Both the position numbers and the translations under genes were made by a program. Below the pieces are notes generated by a model that was not told where the DNA came from, did not search any database, and worked only from the letters and a program-made list of their open reading frames with translations. A stretch of DNA of 43,633 nt from Chthonomonadaceae bacterium. GTDB taxonomy: Bacteria; Armatimonadota; Chthonomonadetes; Chthonomonadales; Chthonomonadaceae. Location: assembly GCA_035650735.1 (NCBI GenBank), contig DASRGZ010000164.1, positions 1-43,633 on the forward strand. The letters run 5' to 3'. Positions 36,177 to 43,633 of the stretch are shown here, piece by piece (the first letter of the stretch is position 1; the number at the start of each line of letters is the position of its first letter).

Positions 36177-38108
36177 ATGAAGTCTATTCCCACCTCTTTT
36201 GCGTGCCTGCGCGTGCCTTCGTGGCGGAAAGCGCTCCTGCCGCTGGCCGCACTGCTGCTTGCCAGCCCCTCCTTTGCCCGCGACAACACGGCCTCCCGCC
36301 TGGCCTTCGCCCCGGCCTCCATCCAGCAGCAGATCGCCTACCTGGCCTCCGACGCGCTGCGCGGGCGCGAAAGCGGCGAGCCGGGCAATGAGATGGCCGC
36401 GCGCTTCATTGCTGACGAGTTTGCCCGCGACGGCCTCAAGCCGCTGGGCACCGACCGGCAGCGGGATCCCAACGCCCCGATGAACGGCAGCGGCTATTTC
36501 CAGCCGTTCCGGTTCATCGCGGGCCGCGCCGTCGGCAAGGGCAACCGGCTGGAAGCCGTCTTCCACGGCCAGACGCACACCTACCGCATGAACCAGGAGT
36601 TCCAGCCCTCCGGCGTCTCCGGCGACGGCAGGGCGGAAGGCGAGGTGATCTTCGTCGGCTACGGTATCCGCGCCCCGCAGGCCCACCATGACGACTACAT
36701 GAGCCAGAATATGAAAGGCAAGATCGCCCTGCTGCTAGCGGGCAACCCGAATAACGATCCGCACAGCCCGCTGGCCGATTACGCCGATATTCGCCGCAAG
36801 TGCCTGACCGCCCGTGAACTGGGCGCCTCCGCCGTGCTCGTCGTCGTGCTGCCCAAATCGGACGCCTGGGGCTATTCGCGCTTTGAGTTTGCCAACGCCT
36901 CAGATGCGGGCCTGCCGGTGCTGCGCCTACGCGCTCCCATCGCCGAAAACTGGCTGCAATCTGCCGGCAAGAGCCTCGCGCGCCTGACAGCCGACGCCAA
37001 CGCCGGCAAAAACGTCTCCTGCGCCACCGGCGTGCACGTCCGCCTTGCCGCCGATGTCAAGAAGATCGAGAAGGTTACGGCTAACGTGGTCGGGCTGATC
37101 GGGGGCAGCGACCCGGTGCTGAAGAGCGAGGTGGTGGTGATCGGGGCGCACCTGGATCACCTGGGCATGGGCGGACCGGGCTCCCTTGCCAGATCCAGCG
37201 CGCCCGCCATCCACCCCGGCGCGGACGATAACGCCTCCGGCACGGCGGGCGTCCTGCAACTGGCCCGCTACTTCGGAAGGAGGAAGGAGGAAGGCGGAAG
37301 GATGAAACAAGCTGGGCCTCCTTCATCCTTCATCCCTCATCCTTCATCCTTGCTCCGGCGCTCGCTGTTGCTGATCTGCTTTAGCGGCGAGGAGTTGGGA
37401 CTGCTCGGCTCGGATTACTATATCAAGCATCCCCTCGTGCCGCTGGAAAAGACGGTCGCCATGATCAATATGGACATGGTAGGGCGGCTTCGAGACGATA
37501 AGCTCGCCGTCATCGGCAGCGGGACGGCTAAAGAGTGGGATAAGCTGCTGGAGGACGTCAATCGCACGGCGGGCTTTACGCTGGCGCGCAACGAAAGCGG
37601 CTTTGGAGCCAGCGACCAGCAATCCTTCTACGCGCACAACATTCCCGTGCTCTTCTTTTTTACAGGCACGCACCCGGACTACCATACGCCGACCGACACC
37701 GCCGACAAGATCAATCCGGAAGGCGAAGCCCGCGTGCTGGAAATGGTGGCCGCGTGCGCCGAGCGCATCGCCAATAACCCCGAACGCCCGACGTTCCAGC
37801 GCGTTCAGGTCGCCGAGCGCACGATGCCGGCCAGCGGCTTGCGGGTCTATTTCGGGTCGGTGCCCGACTATGCGGCGATGGTGGAGGGCGTGCAGCTTAA
37901 CGGCGTGCGCGAAGGCAGCCCGGCGGAAAAGGCGGGCTTGAAGGCCGGCGACATCATCATCCAGTTCGGCGGCAAGACCATCAAGAACATCTACGACTAC
38001 ACCTACGCGCTTCAAGACCACAAGCCCGGCGACACCGTCGCCATAGTCATCCGGCGGGGCGACCAAAAGCTGACTCTTACGGCCACGCTGGCAGCCCGCC
38101 CGGAGTAA
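36177..38108 (+). CDS. Secreted M28-family peptidase with PA and PDZ domains
   Basis: GAHLDHLG, GADDNASG, GEELGLLGS, NMDMVGR, SD and YHTPTD motifs; C-terminal GSPAEKAGLKAGDII PDZ. Confidence 0.92.
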   Translation: MKSIPTSFACLRVPSWRKALLPLAALLLASPSFARDNTASRLAFAPASIQQQIAYLASDALRGRESGEPGNEMAARFIADEFARDGLKPLGTDRQRDPNAPMNGSGYFQPFRFIAGRAVGKGNRLEAVFHGQTHTYRMNQEFQPSGVSGDGRAEGEVIFVGYGIRAPQAHHDDYMSQNMKGKIALLLAGNPNNDPHSPLADYADIRRKCLTARELGASAVLVVVLPKSDAWGYSRFEFANASDAGLPVLRLRAPIAENWLQSAGKSLARLTADANAGKNVSCATGVHVRLAADVKKIEKVTANVVGLIGGSDPVLKSEVVVIGAHLDHLGMGGPGSLARSSAPAIHPGADDNASGTAGVLQLARYFGRRKEEGGRMKQAGPPSSFIPHPSSLLRRSLLLICFSGEELGLLGSDYYIKHPLVPLEKTVAMINMDMVGRLRDDKLAVIGSGTAKEWDKLLEDVNRTAGFTLARNESGFGASDQQSFYAHNIPVLFFFTGTHPDYHTPTDTADKINPEGEARVLEMVAACAERIANNPERPTFQRVQVAERTMPASGLRVYFGSVPDYAAMVEGVQLNGVREGSPAEKAGLKAGDIIIQFGGKTIKNIYDYTYALQDHKPGDTVAIVIRRGDQKLTLTATLAARPE

Positions 38109-38316
38109 ACTTTTTAACTAAATGTCTACAGACTAGAAGTAGCGACGACAAGGCTATCAAGAACATCTGCGAAGTAGAGAAACAGGGCTGCAACGGCAGA
38201 AGCCCGTACAAAAGCCTCCTGTGGGGCATTCTAACGGGCCGGACCCGGCGCTGGAAACGATTCTTGGGCTGATCCGGGGTGAAGGGTGGAGACGTGTCGC
38301 GCAAGGGAGCACAGCG

Positions 38317-38499
38317 ATGAGCCAGAACCAGCCGCAGAAACCGCGTGAGGACTATCCAGGACAGTGGCGAGATGAGGAGCGCGACCCCGGTCATCGTTGG
38401 CAGTATCGAAACCCGATGGGTGCCGGTCTGGTCGTCCTCGCCGTATTGGCGGGGCTTATCGTGCTGCTGTATCTCGTCGCTACTTACCTACCGCGCTAG
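38317..38499 (+). CDS. Small single-TM protein (60 aa)
   Basis: AGGGAG RBS; polar N-terminus and hydrophobic C-terminal helix. Confidence 0.6.
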   Translation: MSQNQPQKPREDYPGQWRDEERDPGHRWQYRNPMGAGLVVLAVLAGLIVLLYLVATYLPR

Positions 38500-38800
38500 G
38501 GAAGGGGAGAACCCGGCTTCTGCTCTCCCCTCCCCTGTTCTTGGGGGAGGGGATAAAGGGGTGGGGGCCTCTCCCTTCTCCCTTGCAGGGAGAAGGGACG
38601 GGGAGGAGGGTAGAGAAGGCAAAACCAACGGAGCCTGGGAGTGAGGGCCTCTCCCCTCTCCCGCAGCGTGGATCGCCAGGCGGAGGGCTGTCGCCAGGCA
38701 GAGCCGTGTCGCGAGGCGGAGGCAGGGGCCGTAACCCTGCCGACCCTTGCAGTCCGTTGAGCGGCGTCCCTTGCAGTAGGGGAAGGGGGTGAGGTCACCC
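38499..38800. repeat. Large REP-like palindrome cluster
   Basis: Multiple CTCCC..GGGAG hairpins; shares CGCCAGGCAGAGCCG and CCGTTGAGCGGCGTCCC with 36010-36050. Confidence 0.75.
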
Positions 38801-38804
38801 CGCT

Positions 38805-39596
38805 TCAGGGCACGGCGTCCTCGACGATGGTGGCGCTGAGGGGCTGGGCGGCGTTGCCGCGCTGCCCATAGACGTACAGAGTGTACGTGTGCCCGTTGAG
38901 CAGATTGGGACTGGTCCAATTGCCCGCGACAGGCAGATCCTGGCTCGGGTGGCTGGCGTCACGCAGGCTTAAATGCAATTGGGGACGCGTGGGCACCAGA
39001 ATATAGGGATTGAGAGCCGGATCGTAACCGTAGGGAATGTTGGTCATATTGCTGTTGAGTACCTCCTGCTCGTTGAGCAGGGTGATCGGGCCTAAGCCCG
39101 GCGACAGGTTGATCACCCGCAGCGCCATCTGGAAGTCGGGAATAAAGGCCATGACCTGGGGCAGATCGGGAATGACGAGGATTTGCGGCTTCAGATCCCC
39201 GCTCTGCCCTGCCTGCCCCACAAGGGCTAGCGTGTAGGCGGTCGGAGCGCCGTCGAGATGGATGGGCGCCTGCGCCGGAACGGGGCCGGCAAGGCCCGCT
39301 CCGGTCGCCATCGGTTGAAAGGCGCTTCTACCTACGCTAAGATAGGTATGTGTCGGCAGGAACTCCGCAAAGGAGATGCCAACCGGCCCGGTCATGGCAG
39401 CGCCCTGATTGGTGACAGAGAGCGTACTGCTCTGGCCCGCCTGTGGGATAAACCCGTTGAAGAAGCGCACGCGACTCTGCTGATCGTGCGGGGTGCTGCC
39501 AGACTGGCCGCTGCCGCTGCCGCAACCCAGCAATACAACGGTAAGCAACGTGGCAGCGCCGAGCAGAAGCGGCAGCGCTCTGCGCAATGGGGGCAT
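38805..39596 (-). CDS. Lipoprotein, DUF4397-like
   Basis: Lipobox LLGC; RVRFFN and ALRVINLSP repeats with YTL strands; AGGAGG RBS. Confidence 0.7.
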   Translation of the reverse strand: MPPLRRALPLLLGAATLLTVVLLGCGSGSGQSGSTPHDQQSRVRFFNGFIPQAGQSSTLSVTNQGAAMTGPVGISFAEFLPTHTYLSVGRSAFQPMATGAGLAGPVPAQAPIHLDGAPTAYTLALVGQAGQSGDLKPQILVIPDLPQVMAFIPDFQMALRVINLSPGLGPITLLNEQEVLNSNMTNIPYGYDPALNPYILVPTRPQLHLSLRDASHPSQDLPVAGNWTSPNLLNGHTYTLYVYGQRGNAAQPLSATIVEDAVP

Positions 39597-39711
39597 ACGC
39601 AAGCCTCCTGATGAAGAAATGAAAAAAGTCTCTGGGAGGACGATTGGGAGCCTGCGGATCGCCGGAAGAGTGCGATCCGCTTTTAAGGGCACAACGAAGC
39701 GCGCAAGCGGC

Positions 39712-40344
39712 TCACTCCATATGGATGATCCCACGCCGGATCGCGGTCGTGACCGCCTGGGTGCGGTCCCCAACGCTGAGCTTGCTGAGGATGCTGTTGA
39801 CGTGGGCCTTGACGGTGCTCTCAGCGATTGAGAGCGTCCGGGCTATCTCCTGGTTGCTCTTGCCCTCCACTATCTGCTCCAGCACCTCCAGCTCCCGGGG
39901 CGTCAGCTCCGGTCGGCTCATCCGCTCGGCCAGCTTGGCCGCCATCTCTGTGGCTATGAGCGTCTGCCCTGCCGCCACCGCCCGAATGGTCTCCAGAAGC
40001 TGCTCGCAGGGAGCATCCTTTAACAGATACGCCTTGGCGCCCAGGCGCAGGCCCCGGTAGACATCCTCATCGCCACCGTAGGTGGAGAGGATGATGACGC
40101 GGGCGTTAGGAAACTCCTGGCGGATGGCGGACAGAGCGGCAAACCCGTCCATCTGCGGCATACGCAAGTCCAGCAGGGTCACATCGGGGCGCAGCTGCCG
40201 ATAGAGGGCGACCGCCTCCTGGCCGGTGCTGGCTTTGCCGACGACGGTCATGTCCTCCAATCTATCCAGCAAAGCGGCAAATCCTTCCCGAACTACCGGG
40301 TGATCCTCGGCTATCAGAATACGAATCGAGTTCGTTTTACTCAC
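39712..40344 (-). CDS. NarL/LuxR-family response regulator
   Basis: AEDH, LDLRMP receiver motifs and LTPRELEVL..GKSNQEIA HTH. Confidence 0.95.
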   Translation of the reverse strand: MSKTNSIRILIAEDHPVVREGFAALLDRLEDMTVVGKASTGQEAVALYRQLRPDVTLLDLRMPQMDGFAALSAIRQEFPNARVIILSTYGGDEDVYRGLRLGAKAYLLKDAPCEQLLETIRAVAAGQTLIATEMAAKLAERMSRPELTPRELEVLEQIVEGKSNQEIARTLSIAESTVKAHVNSILSKLSVGDRTQAVTTAIRRGIIHME

Positions 40345-42088
40345 GGCTCACCCCACTCTCTCCGGAGCAGGTTATGGGCACCACGATGCGAACCTCGCTT
40401 CCCTCGCCCTCCCGGCTCTCAATCGTCAGTTGGCCCTGGAGGCGCTGTGCCCGCTCCCGCATGCCAATCAGGCCAAACCCGCCCTTTCTCTCGACGGTAT
40501 GCACCTCAAATCCCTGCCCGTTATCCTGCACGCAGAGCTCTACCTGCTGCGCCTCGTAGCTCAGGCGCATACAGATGCAGGACGCCTGGGAGTGTTTGAG
40601 CGCGTTGGTCAGGGCCTCCTGCCCGATGCGCAGCAGATCGTTCTCGACCTCTGCGGGCAGCGAGCGGGGCGCTCCCTCCACGCACAGCTGCACGTCAATC
40701 CCGGTGCCTAAGGCGATTCTATGAATAAGATGGGCCAGGGCGTCCGGCAGATCGCCGGCTTCCAGGGCCTGGGCGCGCAGCGCCCGCACGGAGCGGCGCG
40801 CTTCGGCCAGGCTCTCCCGGGCGAGGTTTTGTGCCAGGAGGATATGCGTCTCGGCCTCCTCGGGCGCCTCCCGCAAAATGCGTTTGGCAGCCTCCAGCTG
40901 CACCATGATCCCGGTAAAGCCCTGGGCAAGCGTGTCGTGAATCTCCTGGGCCATGCGGTTACGCTCTTGCAGCAGGGCCTGCTGCTTCTGCTGCTCGGCC
41001 AGCCGGGTCAACTGGATGGCCAGAGCGGCCTGCTGCGCCAGCGCCTGCGCCAGCTCGATCTCTTCTAGCGGATAGGCATGCGCCGACGCGCGCTGGATGC
41101 GCAGGCAGCCCATGATCTCCTCCCCAAGCAGCAGCGGAACCAGCAGCGTTCGTTCCGCCGGTCGGAAGCAAGAATCCGGGTAGCAGTCCTCCGGCGCTTT
41201 CGATAGCCCCTGCGATTCCATCGGCAGGCGCATTTGCAGCAGTTTTGCCCAGTCCGTCGTCTCCATGCGGGCCAGGCTTTCGGAGGGCTCCGCCGTCTCC
41301 TGCCCCGCCCCCAGGCGGCTTATCTGTTCCTCCGCATAGCGCATATGCAGGCGCGGCGCCTTCGCCTCGGCTTCCTGGATCCAGAGCTCAATCACGCTGG
41401 CCTGCAACTGTTCGGCCAGCGCCAGGAGCACCTGGTTCAGAAAGGTATCTAGCTCCAGCCGCGAGGTGAACGCCTTGAGCGTCTGTGTCAGTGCCTGGGC
41501 CTGCCCTCGCACGACCTGTTCCGCCAGTTTGCGCTGGGTAATGTCGCGCAGTATCCAGCGCAGCCCTTCGGGCTCGCCGCGATGGTTGTAGATGATGGCG
41601 GCAGTCAACGAAGCATAAAAGGGGGCGGTTCCCGGTTTGGGTTGGATGCACGCTTCCCAATCCCGTACCCATTGCAGGCGCGGCATCTGTAGCACCAGAG
41701 AACGGAACGCGCGCCGGTCCGGGGCGGCGATCCGCAGCGCCAGCGATTTACCTATCAGGTAGGCGGGAGCGGCCCCGAGCATCTGCCCGGCAGCCTGGTT
41801 GGCCTCACGGATAATGCCGTTCATATCCGTGACCAGGTAGCCGTCGGGCGCGAATTCAAACAGATCCTGATAGCGCGAGCGCTGAGTCTCTACGGCCAGG
41901 CGCGTATCCTCCAGCTCCTGATTTTGCTGGCGCAGCTCCTCTTCGGCGACTTGAAGCTCTTCCAGGCTGTCCTGGAACTCTTCAAACAGCCTTTCCAGGG
42001 GCACCGGCAGCGGAACAGCAGGGGGTTCTGGCATATCGCGACGCTCATGCTCTGCCTCTGTTTGTTGGCTGATGCGCTCTGTGTCCAT
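40337..42088 (-). CDS. Cytoplasmic PAS-GAF HisKA_3 sensor histidine kinase
   Basis: Coiled coil, PAS (RDITQRK), GAF, ERNRMAQEIHD, EALTNALKH, DNGQGF and GFGLIGMRER motifs. Confidence 0.93.
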   Translation of the reverse strand: MDTERISQQTEAEHERRDMPEPPAVPLPVPLERLFEEFQDSLEELQVAEEELRQQNQELEDTRLAVETQRSRYQDLFEFAPDGYLVTDMNGIIREANQAAGQMLGAAPAYLIGKSLALRIAAPDRRAFRSLVLQMPRLQWVRDWEACIQPKPGTAPFYASLTAAIIYNHRGEPEGLRWILRDITQRKLAEQVVRGQAQALTQTLKAFTSRLELDTFLNQVLLALAEQLQASVIELWIQEAEAKAPRLHMRYAEEQISRLGAGQETAEPSESLARMETTDWAKLLQMRLPMESQGLSKAPEDCYPDSCFRPAERTLLVPLLLGEEIMGCLRIQRASAHAYPLEEIELAQALAQQAALAIQLTRLAEQQKQQALLQERNRMAQEIHDTLAQGFTGIMVQLEAAKRILREAPEEAETHILLAQNLARESLAEARRSVRALRAQALEAGDLPDALAHLIHRIALGTGIDVQLCVEGAPRSLPAEVENDLLRIGQEALTNALKHSQASCICMRLSYEAQQVELCVQDNGQGFEVHTVERKGGFGLIGMRERAQRLQGQLTIESREGEGSEVRIVVPITCSGESGVSRE

Positions 42089-42440
42089 CCGTGTACCCTA
42101 CTCTTCTTTCCTGATTTCTCTGCTGCGCGCCTGGGTCGTTCTGACCGCAGCAAGAATAGCGTGAAAACAGGAAGAATAGTACTATTTCGCGCGATAGGCC
42201 GATCTTAAAACAAGAAGCGCCTCTTGTCAAGAGAAATCATACAAAAGCGCTATTTGAGAGCCGAAAGCGACAAAACAGAGCAATGCCCAACCATTAGACA
42301 ACGGAATTGCCAGCGCAAATGTTCCGAGAAATAGAGGAGTACAAGGCCAGCGAAGGGCCGGCAGCCTCAGCCCTGGTAGCTTGAGGGCAAACAGGATAGC
42401 GCCAGAAGCGGATTTTCGGGGCCAGACGAGAGGAACGCAC

Positions 42441-42472
42441 AAAAGAAGGGCAGCAACCGATGGCTGCCGCCC
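42441..42472 (-). terminator. Intrinsic terminator
   Basis: Minus strand GGGCGGCAGCC-ATC-GGTTGCTGCCC-TTCTTTT. Confidence 0.75.
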
Positions 42473-42625
42473 TCCGAACGATATGCCGCTATGGGTCGGT
42501 TGTCCTGGACAGTGCTTGCTGTTCTGGCGGGAAGCTTGCTCTTTTCCTCCTGCCGCCTTCCTCCATGTGTATCAGGGCTTGCTGTCCGGGCGGGAAGAGA
42601 TTATATTCCCTTCCGAAGGAAAGGC

Positions 42626-42784
42626 TCAAACGCCGCCGCGCAACTGGCGGTAAGCTTGCTCGGCTTCCTGGTAGGAGGGGCATTCCCGCAGACAATCCAG
42701 TTTCCCACCGGCGATACGTCGGCAAACGTAGTACGTCGGGCCACACTGCACGACGCAGTACTCCTCCGAAACGATCACCCACAT
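42626..42784 (-). CDS. Small Cys-rich protein (52 aa), absent from the ORF track
   Basis: MWVIVSEEYCVVQCGPTYYVCRRIAGGKLDCLRECPSYQEAEQAYRQLRGGV; GGAGG RBS; upstream sigma54 site and downstream terminator. Confidence 0.6.
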   Translation of the reverse strand: MWVIVSEEYCVVQCGPTYYVCRRIAGGKLDCLRECPSYQEAEQAYRQLRGGV

Positions 42785-42878
42785 ATTCGATTATCCTCCA
42801 TTAAGGCCGTTTCTGATCAGGCGGAGGGCCTACCAGGAACGCGCCGTGAATTTCGCCTTTCTTTACCAAACGTCTCCT

Positions 42879-42894
42879 TGCATAGAATGTGCCA
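42879..42894 (-). promoter_or_regulatory. sigma54 -24/-12 promoter
   Basis: TGGCACATTCTATGCA on the minus strand. Confidence 0.7.
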
Positions 42895-43010
42895 GAGGAC
42901 GCCTAAAATTCCCTGGGCAAGCTACCAGCTTTTGCGCGCTGGCAGTTGCAAATGCCAATACGCTACCGAGGATCCTGACGATTGGCGCGAGCGAGAAGTT
43001 CCCGGAAGTG

Positions 43011-43026
43011 CGGCATAGTTTTTGCT
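43011..43026 (+). promoter_or_regulatory. sigma54 -24/-12 promoter (divergent)
   Basis: CGGCATAGTTTTTGCT (GG-N10-GC). Confidence 0.55.
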
Positions 43027-43189
43027 CTCACTAATATACTTCTACGCCTGAAGCTGTGGCTTTGCCGCAATCCTTGCGTAAATAGGCAGGAAGGGCCGGG
43101 CGCGCGTCGAATAAGGGAAGTGAAGAAACGGACTTAATTGCGCCCAAAACGAATACCGACTCTATCGGGCGCGCTTCAGAAAGGAATCT

Positions 43190-43633
43190 GTGCCTTTGCT
43201 TCCCAAGCGTATCGCCCCTGCCGGCAAGACGCCCACACGCCGCCTTACGCTCTGCCTTAGTATATCACTATTAAGTTTCGCGCCGCTGGCTCTTTGCCCT
43301 CTTCCCGCCCGAAGCCAGACAGGCGCTCCGGTGGGCCAGGACGTGCCCCCGACCCACTGGGCCTATGCCGCTATCCAGGACCTGGCCCGCAAGGGCCTCA
43401 TCCAGGGCTATCCGCCCCATGGAGATTTCCTGGGCGGGCGCACTCTCACCCGCTACGAAATGGCCAATCTACTTAAGCGAGTGGTGGCCCGTATGGAGGC
43501 TCTGCTCCAGAGCGGCTCTGCCGCCGAGAGGCAAACCCTTCAGGGCAGCGCAGGCCAGATACGCGAGCTTGTCAACCAGTTTAAGCTGGAGCTGACGGTG
43601 ATCGGCACGGACATGGAGAAGGTCAAGGCCGAT
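43190..43633 (+). CDS. SLH-domain envelope protein (OmpM/SlpA-like N-terminus), truncated by the window end
   Basis: Signal peptide, then DVPPTHWAYAAIQDLARKGLIQGYP..F.G.RTLTRYEMA and a coiled coil; AAGGA RBS with GTG start. Confidence 0.85.
   Translation, partial: MPLLPKRIAPAGKTPTRRLTLCLSISLLSFAPLALCPLPARSQTGAPVGQDVPPTHWAYAAIQDLARKGLIQGYPPHGDFLGGRTLTRYEMANLLKRVVARMEALLQSGSAAERQTLQGSAGQIRELVNQFKLELTVIGTDMEKVKAD

Noticed and set aside
42491..43018. 175-aa + strand ORF with a lipobox-like N-terminus
   Set aside because: No RBS; it overlaps a better-supported minus-strand unit (promoter, RBS, ORF, terminator).

Overview
GC-rich bacterial chromosomal window. A diderm host such as Armatimonadota is plausible from the PEP-CTERM protein and the SLH-anchored envelope protein, but this is inference only. 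The core genes are prkA-yhbH-spoVR, dgoD, a Tat-exported heparinase II/III-like lyase, two Zn-dependent dehydrogenases, cmoA coupled to an ICMT/PEMT-family membrane methyltransferase, NUDIX, MOSC, DUF72, a PEP-CTERM protein, gndA, TetR with two MFS pumps, a solo addB, GNAT, glgP, surE, an M28/PA/PDZ peptidase, a PAS-GAF kinase/NarL pair with a lipoprotein, and a truncated SLH gene. The most notable unexplained signals are: (1) a degenerate CRISPR-like mini-array with three hairpin repeats at an exact 61-bp period between the lyase and dgoD; (2) cmoA coupled to a membrane methyltransferase instead of cmoB; (3) an unannotated sigma54-driven Cys-rich 52-aa ORF followed by a tandem RNA motif that overlaps a terminator; (4) four sigma54 -24/-12 promoters; (5) an 82-bp IS1-like MITE in two copies, one with an 8-bp TSD; (6) a gene split by a 14-bp duplication, a vapC remnant, a CTG-start partner of a nucleotidyltransferase, and a modular REP-like repeat family. 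All calls were made by eye, with no database searches.
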